64,000 nt of DNA from Malacoraja senta. Taxonomy: Eukaryota. Numbering within the stretch: the first letter of the stretch is position 1; every line of letters starts with the position of its first letter. Under the pieces are notes generated by a model, which saw nothing but the letters and a program-made list of their open reading frames with translations, did not search any database and was not told the DNA's origin. The translations under genes were made by a program, and so were the position numbers. The stretch spans positions 24,058,001 to 24,122,000 of the forward strand of contig CM075989.1 of assembly GCA_038087875.1 (NCBI GenBank), given 5' to 3'. Shown here piece by piece: positions 51,062-64,000 of the stretch.

Positions 51062-51468
51062 ACTGAAATTTAGGATGAGTGGGGATCGTATAGAAACGTA
51101 TAAGATTCGTAAGGGATTGGACAGGCTGGATGCAGGAAAAATGTTCCCCATGTTGGGGGAGTCTGGAACCAGGGGTCACAGTTTAAGAATAAGGGGTCGG
51201 CCATTTAGGACTGATATGAGGAAAAACGTTTTCACCCAGAGAGTTGTGAATCTGTGGAATTCTCTGCCACAGATGGCAGTGGAGGTCGATTCACTGGATG
51301 TTTTCAAGAAAGAGTTAGATATAGTTCTAAGAGCTAACGGAATCAAAGGATATGGGGAGAAAGCAGGAGCAGGGTACTAATGTTGGATGATCAGCCGTGA
51401 TCATATTGGATGGCGGTGCTAGCTTGAAGGGCCAAATGGTCTACTCCGCATATTTTCTATGTTTCTAT
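51062..51468 (+). mobile_element. CR1-type LINE 3' end
   Basis: IETYKIRKGLDRLDAGKMFPMLGESGTRGHSLRIRG; tttctatg tail. Confidence 0.9.
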
Positions 51469-52761
51469 GCTATTTAGTCAATGCCTACTATGTTCTGTTG
51501 TGCAGAAGCAAAGCAAGAATTTCATTGTCCTATCAGGGGCACATGACAATAAACTCACTTGAACTTGAACTATTTCCTTATCTGTGTTAATCTGTGGTAT
51601 ATTTTCTTTGAATACTTTGTTGTAATGTTTCTTTTTTAAAGGTGCTTACTTTGTAAAATCTCGAGCTCTGGCAGAATTGCAAGCTCTCAATAAGAAGGCA
51701 TTCCTTCATTATTCCTTCTCTCCGGGCCCTGTGTGGTTTTTACAGGATTCGTGCTGAACTGAGAATCTTATTCCATTTTATGTCGGTGATGACGAATTTA
51801 CCTGCAAGAATTTAGCCAGAATGTAAACACGCAAAATGCCACCAGTCCGATCTAACCCAAATTCTCCTTTTGTCTTACCAAGAATAATAGAAATTTGAAC
51901 AGGCCCAGAAAGGATCGTTTTGTTGCCAGCCTTTCAGTGTTGGCTGACATTCGGATGTGTTTCATTTCTTTGGCAAAAGTGACAGAATTGTAACTAACTT
52001 TCTCTCTCCCACTTCTAACTTTTTTTTTTATATGGACCATGAATTTGAAGCAGGTTCTGTGGTTCAGGTTTCCTTTGGTCATTGTAAATAACTATTCTGC
52101 ATCAGCACCTCCCCAAGACTAACATCTTGTAAACTAATACCACTTACTTTTGGCCGTGGAATATCGTTGCGTTTAGTCACTTCATCTGTCACGTCTCCCT
52201 CCCTCTAACAGACTCTCCCTTTCTGTTCCCTCTGCAAGCCCGGACGTGCAATGATCACGTCACTGGTCTCAATGGCATTCTTGTGTCCCATCTGAATACT
52301 TGAAAGGCAACAAGCAGTCCCTTTTTAGATTGTCTTCAACAAAACTTGTATTTATTGAATCTGAAAGACCGTGCTTCAACTGTGATTCCCACAGGGCTTC
52401 AATAGACTTGTACTCTGGCAACAACTTGCAGTCACGATAAAAACCTCCATGGTTTTTCAGTTCTGTTGGCGATTCCTCTGTGCTTCAGCTCCCAAGCTCT
52501 CTCTCTCCTACTTGATGCCACTCCATGCCTCTTGTTTTGGGCATGGTGTAACATGCTGAGACTTTGGTGATAAATGAAGTGTTTGTCTTTATGGCACTTA
52601 TAACGTGCTGAAAGATGATTAGTTTGACCGCACAAGCCTTCATCTGCATCTCTGTGTAGAATCAATGTCCCTCGAGCTGTTGGTTGGGTTATCCATTGGT
52701 TAAGTTTGTCTATTTTCCATCATCCACCAGCAGAAGCCTTGCTATTTAGCTTTAGAGTCAT

Positions 52762-53395
52762 AGTGGCAAAGTGGTAGAGTTGCTGCCTTACAGCACCAGA
52801 GACCCAGGTTTTATCTTGACTATGGATGCTGTCTGTACGGAGTTTGCACGTTCTCCCTGTGACTGTGTGGGTTTCCTCCGGCTGCTCCAGTTTGCTCCCA
52901 CATTCCAAAGACGTGCAGGTTTGTAGGTTTATTAGCTTTGGTAAATTGTCCCTCGTGTGTGTGGGATAGAATTAGTGTGCAGGTAATTGCTGGTTGGTGT
53001 GGAGTTGGTTGGCCGACAGGCCTGTTTGCATGCTCAATCACTAAACTAAACACAAACAGACCCTTTGGTCCAACTCATCCATGCCGATCCCAGATGCCCA
53101 ATTGAAACGAGTCCCATTTGACCCGTAACCCTGTAAACCTTTCTTGCCCCTGGACCTGTCCAAATGTCCTTTAAATGCTGTAATAGTACCTACCTCAACT
53201 ACTTCCTCTGGCACCTCGTACCGTATACTGACCACTCTGAGTGGAAATAGTTTCCCCTTGGGTTCCTATTACATCTTACCCCTCTCACCTTAAAGCTACG
53301 TCCTCTGTTCTCCACAACTATCCCTTGGTGATTTACACACCTCTACAAGATCACCCCTCGGCCTCCTGTGCTCCATGGAATAAAGTGCTGACCTG
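52762..53395. mobile_element. V-SINE (+, 52762-53050) tail-to-tail with a CR1 3' fragment (-, 53055-53395)
   Basis: SINE motifs; VPEEVVEVGTITAFKGHLDR on the minus strand. Confidence 0.8.
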
Positions 53396-54198
53396 CGCAT
53401 CAGTAGAAGTCCTACACATTATCCACTGTGTTACCGAGGGTCTCATCCCCTCTTCTCTTTCTCTGTATTATAAAACTTGTTTTATCTCTACCAATTCTGA
53501 AAGGTCACCAATCTGAAATAAACTGTCCTCCCTACAAGTGCTGCCTTGATCTGAAAATGTGGAGGAATTCTCTGATTCGGGTTGGTCTATTTATGAGGAC
53601 TTTGTAGAGGAGTTTTGTAGTTTTGTTGAAAAAAATTGTGAACTCTCCCATTTTATAAACTGTCTTCATTAACACTAAATTTATATTAGTTTGTGATTTC
53701 GTTCAACTATTGGTCTTGTCAAATATATCCAGGAGGCTAAATATTTTATCTCAAATGTTGCAACTGTTGCAATGTTGTTTAGACGATAGGTGCAAGAGTA
53801 GGCCGTTCGGCCCTTCGAGCCAGCACCGCCATTCACTGTGATCATGGCTGATCATCCACATTCAGTATCCCTGCCTTCTCCCCATATCCTCTGACTCCGC
53901 TATCATTAAGAGATCCATCTAGCTCTCTTGAAAGCATCCAGAGTGTTGGTCTCCACTGCCCTCTGAGGCAGAGAATAGGTTTATTATTGCCACATGTACA
54001 GAGGTACAGTGAATAGCTTTGTTTTGCACGCTATCCTATCGGATCAATCGCATGCCCATATCCTCCACAGATGCTGCCTGAACGGAGTTCCTGGTTTTTT
54101 TTTTGCTCCTGATCCCAACATCTGCCGTCTTTTGTGTCTCCAGAATGGTAATTAATTGAATAAAGGCGGCCGGAGACAAGAAGGGACTAACTGGGAAT

Positions 54199-54934
54199 GT
54201 AGGTGGCGCGTCCGACGTTGCAGTGGCCTCTGCAGTCCTTCTGTCTTTGTTTTGTCTCATTGAGTGTATAGTTTTGTTGTGGTTTTATATTGTTTTTAGC
54301 TGTGTATATGTGTGTGTGTGTGGGGGGGGGGGGGTAACCTTTGAATCTCTTCCCTGTACGGGTGACCCGACCTTTTCCCTGCCGGGTCTCCGTTGTCGTT
54401 GGGGCCTAGCACCGTGGAGCGGCCTCCAACCGGAACGACCTGGGGGCTCCAGTCGCGGTGCCTGCGTGGGGCTGGCCGGCTTCGGAGCGTGGAGAGCTGT
54501 GGTGGCGCGCTATTGCGCCCCGACTCCGGAACTCGGAGGCTCCAGCCGCAGGTCTGGTGGACAGTGACATTGGGAGCTCGCGGGTCCCTGGTGGGAGACC
54601 GCTTTTCGGAGCTCCCGCAACGGCAACTTCTCCCGCCCGAGTTGCAGGGTTGAAAATGACCTGGAGCGGGGCCATACATCGCCCGCGCGGCTTTAACGGC
54701 CGTGGGACTTGCCATCGCCCGCCGGGGGCTTTAACATCGGGAGAAGAATGGAAAACAGGGAAGAGACAAGACTTTGCCTTCCATCACAGTGAGGAGGAGA
54801 TTCACTGTGATGGATGTTTGTGTAAACTGTGTTGGCTGTGTGTCTTGGTTCTTTTCTTGTTGTATGACTGCAGAAACCAAATTTCGTTTGAACTTCTTTT
54901 GAGGTTCAAATGACAATAAATTGTATTGTATTGT
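54199..54934 (+). mobile_element. GC-rich non-coding retroposon with a Rex1-style tail (putative non-autonomous element)
   Basis: CpG-rich body; 13-bp hairpin at 54780-54814; terminal stem-loop, then tgacaataaa(ttgta)3 like the Rex1 tails in this window. Confidence 0.55.
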
Positions 54935-55052
54935 ACTTATCAAAAGCTTGCTCTAGATTATTCAGTTTCATAGCGACAGGACGGGAAAGTCTCTGAAACT
55001 GCATGGTCATAAAAACATACTCTTATGTTTAATGGAGAAAGCCTAGATCTGT

Positions 55053-55305
55053 AGGGCGGTGCGGAAGAATTGCTGCCTCACAGCGCCAGAGACCTGGGTT
55101 CAATACTGACTGTGGGTGCAGCCCGAACGGAGTTGTAAGTGACCGCGTGGGTTTTCTCCAGGTGCTCTGGTTTCCTCCCACACTCCAAAGATGTGCAGGT
55201 TTGTAGGATGATTGGCTTTGTTAAAAAATTTTAATTGTCCTTAGTATCTGGAGATAGCTGGTCAACATGGACTGTTCCCACACTATATTTCTAAACTAAA
55301 CTAAA
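55053..55305 (+). mobile_element. V-SINE
   Basis: Head, V-domain, (ctaaa)n tail. Confidence 0.8.
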
Positions 55306-57160
55306 CCTTTTCTATTTGGTATTGGTTTATGATCCGAAGGAATGGAAATGCAGGACTCAAACACCATTGTAGTTTCCTGGCAAAAATTCCTCGGGCGAAT
55401 TTACATGAAGCATTTAGTGCATATATATATATATATATATAAAACAAAAGTCAATAATAAGTAAGTGACATGTTAAGTAGCAACATTAACTATAAAAGTG
55501 GATATAAGTTGCAAAATAAAATTAGCCATAACTTTTCAAATGAAGTATTCTGCAAACACAGGTACCATTACGCAGACACACAATGCCCTTTATTCAACCT
55601 GACATCCCTCCATGAGTATTCCGTCTTCCAGTCATGTCAGTCAGCAGGAATTCCTATTGGGATTTTCTAATGGCAGAAGCAGTAATGCTGAAGATAATGT
55701 TCAGCAATTGACATAAACCAAGTCCCAACTGGGACAGGGAATTAAGAAGCAGTTCAGGGATATTTAGAAAACCCACTAGCATCAAATCTGCATCCTTTCT
55801 ACAGTTATTTGTAAGTTTACATCCAGCTGCAGGCAATGATGTTTCAGAATAGAGATACAAGGAATGGCGATGCTGGAACCGCAAGTACAACACTAGGTGC
55901 TGAAGTAACTCGAAGGGTTGGGGAGGGAATGAATGGGTGGTGTTTTGTGTCAGGACCCTTCTTCAGTGATTGTAGTTAGGGGGGGGGGGAAGAAAGCTAG
56001 ACAAGAGAGGGGGGGAGGGTGCATGGCAGATCTTAGCAAGTGGAACATATATAGAAAAAGTGCTGGAGTAACTCAGCGGGACAGGCAACGTCTCTGGAGA
56101 GAAGGGATGGTTGACGTTTCAGGGCGGAACCCTTCTTCAGATGAGGTGGATACAAGTGATGGGGACTTTGCCCCTTGGTTCACTCATCTGCGGATCAAAG
56201 GCGAGAGTTGAACTGAAGACAGATAAGGAGAGAAGAGGAATGAAATGTGAAGCCAGGGGGAGGAGTGTCGGGGGGAAAGGGGCAAGGAGGGGGTGGAGGG
56301 ACAGGTAGTTGAAGGAATGGGGGGGTGTTCAATTTTCCCCCTGTTGGGTCGGCAGCTACCCAAGTGGAACATGAAGGTGCTATTCCTCCACTTTGCATCT
56401 GGACTCGCTCACCCTGGATTTGGATTCATTGCCCCACTGACCTTCTGTGACGTGAAAATCCTTGGAAGGGCCAGATTTATCTTTCTTAAAAACTTTGTAA
56501 AACTGTCTGGGCAGTAGGTCAATGCAGAGGCAACATATTCCTCCCCTCGTTTAATAATTTGCATGTGATTTTCTGCTTGACTGGATTTATCGGTCCCTCA
56601 GAATTCCAGGTTCAGCCTGCAGTTTACTGTGACTCGTACACGCTGCAAACGGCCCTCATTATCTATGGATGTTCCGAACAGTCAGTTAAAGCTGACACTG
56701 TCACGATGTACTTAGTTAGTCTTGATCGCAGCTGGGGTTTGCACTCGAGTTCAGAGGGAATATATGCGAGGTGGTGTGAATCAATGGAGCAGCCAATTTC
56801 CTTGACATCTGGTCCCCCTGAAATAGAGGAACGCATCATCAATAACGTTCTAAGCTGGGAGATGCTGGGAGACGTTGGGAGGTAATCGGTCCATTTGTGG
56901 TGTCCGAGAGCAGAATTAAAATCGGCCAAGTGATGTCCCAATACAACAGACACTTCATCAGTCAATAGCAATGTCTTTAACATTGTAGAATATTCATGGG
57001 AGCATTCTCAAATAAAGTTAGGGCTGTGCATGAACTTATTCCATGGTATATCCAGCAGTATGAAACGATTCAGATGTAACCTTAAAAAGGTGATTCGTGA
57101 CATTTTGCATTGCATTTAGTTATGTCCCACCTCCAAAGTTGCTGAAACCTTCTTGGGGTG

Positions 57161-57236
57161 GGTGAGCAGTTATTTGAGTCTATCACGATTTGAACCCAGG
57201 TGAGCAGTTATTTGAGTCTATCACGATTTGAACCCA
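57161..57236. repeat. Perfect 38-bp tandem duplication
   Basis: ggtgagcagttatttgagtctatcacgatttgaaccca x2. Confidence 0.95.
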
Positions 57237-59198
57237 TGGAAATGGTCCGAGGTGAATTATTGCTGTAATGCAAGCTGCAGGTTTTTAAGTTGGAGTGTAC
57301 AATTATGTTTTTTTAACATTTAATGAGGAGAAAACAGAGTGGGGCACGTGACTGAATTTCCAGTATGTGCCATTCTGGGTAACACTCCTCTGGTTAGAGG
57401 AAGCCAAAAGACAATTTGTGCCTCTGGAGTAGAATTTTCAAAAGTTGAAAACTATTTCTGTTTCTTCCAGGAATATAACTGATTTCCACCAAGCTTTCCA
57501 AACTTGCTATAACCACCCTACTTAAAGCAAATCTCATGATGGGTTGTTGAGCCAAACATTACTCTCAAATGTTTCTCCAGATGTGCAGCTCTGGTAGTTC
57601 AGAGATCAGTTCCTTTCATGCTATGACCTATCCAAGAATGTAGGAAGGCACTGTCCCTTAAGTTGCACACATTTACCGCAGCTGTTCGTGTTCCACTTCA
57701 GTGACCTCAGCGATCTGAAGTCGATTGAATAAAAGTTGTTGTGAAGTAACTACCTCTCTTCAATGGTAATCATTGCTCTCTCCAGCCTCTTATTCTCCAA
57801 TCTTGGATTGTGGATCTTTCTCCTCTTCACCCGCCACAATCCCTCAGGATTGAGGGTAACATGCTTCTTTGGATTATCCTTATTCGACCTTGACTGGACG
57901 ACCTTGTTATTGCCTTTACCTGTATCTGTACACTGGATGGCTCGATTGTAATCATTTGTGGGTGGGTATATATAGTCTTTCTGCTGACTGGATAGCCTAG
58001 TGAGAACTCTATCAGCAAGGCCTGGGATCAATGTGCAACACACAACTCACACAGACTGCCATACTCTTCCAGCCTCTCGCCAACTAGTGCTCCTCTCCCG
58101 TCTACCTCATTGGAGACCTAATTGAACTTTATCTTGCACTAAACATTATACCCTGTCTCCTGTATCTACAGACAGTGGGTGGCTTTATTGTAATGTACAG
58201 TCTTTCAGCTGATTGGCTAGCACGCAACAACAAAGTCTTTCTCTGCACCTCTGTACACATGTTAATAAACTAAACTAAACTGCACTTTCTTTGGTGTGTT
58301 TCTGTGGTGACTGAACTGGAGACTTGCACACATGGGTTGGGAGGTGCTATTGAGATGGATGGTTTGTACTGTCTACACTTTCCACTGTTTTTAGGGCATC
58401 TATCTGCTCCTGAAGCATGTCCTCGTGGATCATTCCACCATCCCTCATGCTGTTTCTGACTGGGTATGGGCCAGAGCTTTCCACTTTACCTCGGTACATA
58501 ATAATAAACTGAACTAAATGGGGATGAGTATTAATGTTGCAAGTTCTTACTTGGAAACTCTGAACAATCCTTCAATCTTCTCCTCTGTTTGAAAGGTTGC
58601 AGATTTTTACAGAGTTCTCTTTCCAACTCCATTAATTCATAAAACTTATTTGTTCAGGAAATTGATCATAAATAAGACTGAACTTTGGGTCTGCAGAAGG
58701 GTCTTGACCTGAAATATCTCGACCTGAAAAGTCACCTATTCCTTTTCTCCAGAGATGCTGCCTGACCAGCTGAGTTACTCCAGCATTTTGTGTCTATCTA
58801 CAGTTCCTTGTTTCTATAAAGTGGTGAGAATGATTGAACTAAGATCTTATCTGCTAAAGTGGCCATCAAAATGTGAGTTTTTGTTTTCACCAATTTCATT
58901 TCATTTATTTCTACAAAAAGACGATTTGAATGAGTAATCGCAACTTTTCTTTGAAAATATTAATAGCAAATGCAAACCAACATGATGAAGTTGTAATGTT
59001 CCTGAGTTGTTGCCTTTTCACGGCAAGATCATGCAGTCAGCATTCATCGTACACACCCAGAAAACTTTAGTCGTATATAATCATGTTCTACCTTAAACTA
59101 AGGTCCTTTTTTGTTAATTTCAAGAGAATCTAGATGGTTAATTGTCATATGCACGGGCAAGGTGAACAATGAGAATCTTTCTTGCTGCATCAATGCAT

Positions 59199-59495
59199 GT
59201 TTAGAGATACAGCACGTAAACAGGCCCTTCAGCCCACTGAGTCCACGCCAACCAACGATCCCCGCACATTAACACTATCCTACACCCACTAGGGACAATT
59301 TTTACATTTACCAAGCCAATTAACCTTCAAACCTGTACATCTTTGGAGTGTGGGAGGGAACTGAAGATCTTGGAGAAAATTCACGGGGTGAACGTACAAA
59401 CTCCATACAGACAGCACCAGTAGTCAGTATTGAACCCGGGTCTCCCGCGCTGCATTCGCTGTAAAGGCAGCAACTCTACCGCTGCGGCACCGTGA
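59199..59495 (-). mobile_element. HE1-type V-SINE
   Basis: Near full length on the minus strand. Confidence 0.85.
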
Positions 59496-59849
59496 CCGTT
59501 AATGAACCGATACCACAAACAATCACACAATAATCAATAATACAATAATTGATCAATTAGACTAGGTGACTGGGCCATGGTCATGCAAACTGAAGTACAG
59601 GCATCTCGCGATGCTTGATTTGTGGATTTTTGAAATGCTCTGCTTGTTCCTTTAATGCCAAAGCTTGAATTAGCTACTGGTATTTTAGGAATAAAGTGCT
59701 CAGATTTACTGCCGGCAGCGTAGTCACGAATATATGTGTGTGATTTACTGGTTTTTGAATTAAGCACAGCCTTCGAAGCGCCTAACCCCCATGTACAAAG
59801 AGAGGTGCCTGTACTGTTTGTGGTGATGAAACCTAAACAAACAACATAG

Positions 59850-60615
59850 TTCAGTTAGTTTATTGACGTGTGTATCAAGGTACAGTGAAAAGCTTTGTCG
59901 CGTGATAACCAGTCAGTGGAAAGACAATACATGATTACAATCGAGCCATTTACAGTGTGTAGATACATGATAAGGGAATAATGTTTAGTGCAAGGTTAAG
60001 CCAGTAAAGTGCAACCAGTTTGGTGTGGTAGGGTTGTGGTTAGGAGTGTGGTTACGGTTGTGGTTAGGGTTGTGCCCCAAGAACCTGATGGTTGATGGAC
60101 AAAGCTGTTCTGGACGCTGGTGGTCACAGTTCTCGGGTTCCTGGGTCTTTGATGTTGCTTCCCTTGGATTGTCTTTGACGGTGGGGAGATCGATACCTGT
60201 GATGAGCTGGGGCAATGTCCACCACTTCCTGCAACCTTCATCTCTGTCACACACCTGGTGAGGTTCGATATAATATTCAGTGACATGCCCAATCTCCCCA
60301 AACCTCTGAGGAAGTAAAGGCATTGATCAGCTTTCCTGCTGCTGGGGCCAGAACACATCTTTGGAGAAACAGTCAACCAGGCACTCCCTCCACTTGCAAT
60401 CCCTTCAATTAAAACTCTGCTTTCCTCTCTTGAAGTCAACAATCAACTCCTAAGGGCCTGTCCCACTATGGCGACTCTTTAGGTGACTGCCAGGGACAAG
60501 TTTTAATGGAATTCACCTACGACACCTGGTGACAACCTACGACAATGAAATCGTAGCCACCCAAAAAATGGCCTAAGTGGGACAGGCCTAAATCCTGTTA
60601 ACATTGAGAACAAGA
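59850..60615 (-). mobile_element. Rex1-type LINE remnants (3' tail plus degraded RT C-terminus)
   Basis: Minus strand LNVNR..ELIVDF, QCLYFLRGLGRLGMS and TGIDLP remnants. Confidence 0.7.
60454..60588. mobile_element. PIF/Harbinger-like MITE
   Basis: 13-bp TIRs GGCCTGTCCCACT / AGTGGGACAGGCC flanked by TAA on both sides; interrupts the Rex1 remnant. Confidence 0.75.
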
Positions 60616-61562
60616 TTCAATCAGATTGATTATTGATCACCCTCCTGTGCTCTATTCGTCCAACAGCAGGGATAACAGGGATACAATTTAAAGATGGTGT
60701 TAGAGTTCTGACTGTCTATATAGTCATGGGAATTGTTGGAAGTTGAGGGGAGACTGATAAAAGTATATAAAATCATGGGGCATAGATCAGGTAAATGGTC
60801 AGAACCTTTTTCCCCAGGGTGGAGAGGTCCAGAGGGTAAAGCCATGAGTTGGGCGGGTGAGATGTGGGACATTTGTGTAGTGGTGAAGCAGGCTGAAGCC
60901 ACACGAGGAAGCAGGCAGATCTGACATTGTTATACAGCAAGTATACAGGCAATGGTTCAAAAGTTGATCGCTGGAGTAACTCAAAAGTTGTAAAGCTGGT
61001 TGTATTTTTGTTTTGAGGAGATATTTAATACACTCAAGTTCTCCAGTGTGAAGGCAATGAGGATGAAGCTACTTTGAGAATGAAACGGTCGGGTCCCAAA
61101 GGCAGTTTCTGGGTTTGGTTTACACACTTGACACCAGCATTTGGTTGGGGGGTGCATGAGGGAGTGATGTTATTTATGTGTTCTAGAAGGAATTTGACAA
61201 TACAATGCAAGAATCTGTTTAGCAAAATGAGAGCACATGGAATTGGAGATGACCTTGCATGCTTGGCAGGAGGTAGTAGATGGAGAATAGGGATGATGGT
61301 TTTGAACTTAAATTGGCATGATGTGGCAAGCATTGTCCCCTGTGACCTGGGTAGGGATTGCAGCTGCCATTACATTTGTAAATGGTTTGAATGAAGGAGT
61401 TGAATGTCATGTGTCCAACTTTTGCTGGCACTACTGTGTTTGAATGTAATGCTTGCAAGTTCCACAGGGATGTTGATGAAGTTAATAGAATGCAAGGCTG
61501 TGGTAGATGGTATTCAAAGTTCAAAACCAGTGTGAGCTTCCAATTTAATCTCCAATGAGAGA

Positions 61563-61852
61563 TTAGTTTAGTTTGGAGATGCACTGTGAAAAGGACCCTT
61601 TGGCCCATCGAGATCCATGCCGACCAGCAATTACCCCTACTCTAGTTCTAAGTTATCCCGCTTTCACATCCCGCACACTAGGGGCAATTTACAGAAGGCA
61701 ATTAGCCTACAAACCTGCATGTATTAGCATTGTGAGAGGAAACCAGAGCACCCGGAGAAAACCCACAAGGTCGCAGGGAGAACTACAAACTCCACACAGA
61801 TAGGATCAAAACGGTCTCTGGCACTGAGGCAGCAGCTCTACCACTGTGCCAC
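61563..61852 (-). mobile_element. V-SINE
   Basis: Head, V-domain and tail on the minus strand. Confidence 0.78.
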
Positions 61853-62091
61853 CAAGTTGTAAACAGCAAAAAGCTTGTTAATTTAGAGATAGAAGTACAA
61901 CAAATTACTTGTCACATGTGGACAGGTATAAAACTGCACAGTGAAGTTCCTTTATTGCTATATTGAAGTGAAACTGATATCTTGTTACTATTTCTGGAAA
62001 TAACAGAAGTGTGAAATCTGAAAAAGTGTTGTACTTTATCTTGTAAATGTTTGATTTTGTGTAAATGGCTTGATACCTACCAATATGTAGA

Positions 62092-62492
62092 TACATAAAT
62101 ACATAGACAATAGGTGCAGGAGGAGGCCATTCGGCCCTTCGAGCCAGCACCACCATTCAATGTGATTATGGCTGATCATCCATAATCAGTACCCCGTTCC
62201 TGCCTTCTCCCCATATCCCTTGATTCCGCTAGCCCTGAGCACTATCTAACTCTCTGTTTGAATGCATCCAGTGAATCGGCATCCACTGCCTTCTGAGGCA
62301 GAGAAGTCCACAAATTCACAACTCTCTGTGTGAAAAAGTTTTTCATCATCTCGGTTCTAAATGGCCTACCCCTTAGTCTTAAACAAAGCTGCCCCCTGGT
62401 TCTTGACTCCCCCAACATCGGGAACATGTTTCCTGTATCTAGCGTGTCCAATCCCTCAATAATTTTATATGTTTCTATAAGATCGCCTCTCA
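62092..62492 (-). mobile_element. CR1-type LINE 3' end
   Basis: RGDLIETYKIIEGLDTLDTGNMFPMLGESRTRG. Confidence 0.9.
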
Positions 62493-63164
62493 CATATTAC
62501 CCTGGTTTAAGTTTATCTTTGGCACCTGTACAGAGCTACAGGGAACAGCTTTGTTTTGCTTGCTATTCATTCAGTTAATACTCTACGTAGATTGGAAAGA
62601 TGTTGTCAAGCTGGAAAGGATACCAAGAAGATTTACGAGGATGTTGCCATGACTAGAGGTTTGAGTTATAGGGAGAGATTAAGCTGGGTATTCCTTGGAG
62701 CACAGGAGGATGAGGGGTGATCTTACAAAGGTGTATAACATCATGAGTAATAGATCGGGTAGACGCCTAGAGTCTCTTGTTGATACCTGGAAAGGACAGG
62801 TTTGGACCAAACGCAGGCACGTGGGACCAGTGTAGCTGGGACATGTTGACCAGTGTTGGGCCGAAGGGCCTGTTTCCACACTGTATCACTCTCTGACTCT
62901 ATACAATCAAACCAAACTTGGGTACAATAGGCAGAGCAAAGGGAAAGAGTGCTGAATATAGTTCTCAGCACTGAAGCGCAGAATTGAAGTGAAGCCATTG
63001 CTGGATCTTTACGCTTTGGTTAGAACATTACTGAGCTGAAGGCAATTCATTATGTGAATCACACCGCAATAAAGCAATTCCTGCAGTGAACTGAGTTGAG
63101 GTATGATTGTTTGAAGTTGCCAAATAAATACTTGGTTCTCTGACATTTCTTATGGGTGGTATAG

Positions 63165-63445
63165 AGGCACAGCAGTAGAGTTGCTGCCTTGCAGCACCAG
63201 AGACCCAGGTTCAATCCTGACTATGGGTGCTGTCTGTAAGGAGTTTGTACGTTCACCATGTGACCGCGTGGGTTTTCTCCGGGTGCTCCAGTTTCCTCTC
63301 ACATTCCCAAGACGTGCAGGTTTGTAGGTTAATTGGCTTCTGTTAATTGTCCCTAGTGTGTGGGATAGAACTAGTGTACGGGGTGATCGCTGGTCAGCGT
63401 GGACTTGGTTGGCCGAAGGACCTGTTTCCACGGCGTATCTCCAAT
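63165..63445 (+). mobile_element. HE1-type V-SINE
   Basis: Full head, V-domain and tail. Confidence 0.87.
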
Positions 63446-63615
63446 GTAATGTATTACCGTGACTATTAGATTGCATAATGGTGCTGCAAAGTGAGATAGC
63501 GACCAGATTATCAGAGATAACGACTGATTTTAAGCAATCTTGGTTGAGAAATAAAGAATTGTCTGTATATGGGGAAAACATAAAACCAGGAAAATACTGC
63601 AAGTATTCAGAAGGT

Positions 63616-63710
63616 CTGAAGAAGGGTCTCGGCCTGAAACGTTGCCAATTTCCTTCGCTCCATAGATGCTGCTGCACCCGCTGGGTTTCTCCAGCATTTT
63701 TGTCTACCAT
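63616..63710 (+). mobile_element. 95-bp PLE micro-insert starting exactly at the hammerhead core
   Basis: CTGAAGAAGGGTCTCGGCCTGAAACGTT...; 15-bp TSD aagtattcag(a/t)aggt at 63601-63615 and 63711-63725. Confidence 0.82.
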
Positions 63711-64000
63711 AAGTATTCAGTAGGTGGGTTAATATTCAAAGATGATGAGCTTTCATCAGAACTGGAAATGTTAGAAATTAATATGTGTTAACTTGTTCTT
63801 CAGGAAAAAAAGTTTTTTAATGCACATTTGGGAGAACTGATGGGGATAACAGCATTTCATTCAAAAGACAATACCAGCCATATGACACTATCTGTGGATG
63901 AAGGAACTGCAAGATGCTGGTTTACATCGAAGATAGACACAAAACGCTGCAGTTACTCAGCATCTCTAGACAATCTCTGGAGCATTTCTGGAGAAAAGGA

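Noticed and set aside
51630..51760. Acceptor-like ttttttaaag followed by a GAYF-encoding stretch as possible exon 3
   Set aside because: The phase-0 reading after the AG hits a stop within five codons (GTG CTT ACT TTG TAA)
56559..56983. Overlapping ~107-aa ORFs in non-repetitive intronic DNA
   Set aside because: No recognisable domain; cannot be linked in phase to the signal exon with confidence

Overview
Repeat-dense vertebrate genomic DNA, almost certainly from a cartilaginous fish (skate/ray/shark). This is inferred from the HE1-type V-SINEs, HER1/CR1-type LINE 3' ends, Rex1/Babar LINE 3' ends and Penelope-like elements (PLEs). The only long genuine ORF is a 5'-truncated, stop-free Neptune-type PLE (RT + Cys linker + GIY-YIG, ~15762-17048), which has an inverted partial pLTR and a 14-bp TSD. 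Its 3' end carries a minimal hammerhead-ribozyme motif (CTGAAGA-stem II-GAAACGTY). That ~100-130 bp terminal module recurs about 30 times across the window: as tiny TSD-flanked inserts that often start at the hammerhead core, as fold-back palindromes, and as identical-junction 66-bp tandem arrays at two loci. A CpG island at ~31.1-31.9 kb marks the 5' end of a + strand host gene, with a probable non-coding exon 1 (with a uORF), an 89-nt exon 2 encoding a 21-aa signal peptide, and then a long intron to the window end. Also present are a non-autonomous Helitron (47607-48150), two hAT MITEs and Harbinger-like MITE pieces. Nearly all other ORFs in the supplied track are repeat-derived or spurious. 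Repeat boundaries are read by eye and are approximate unless a TSD is quoted.
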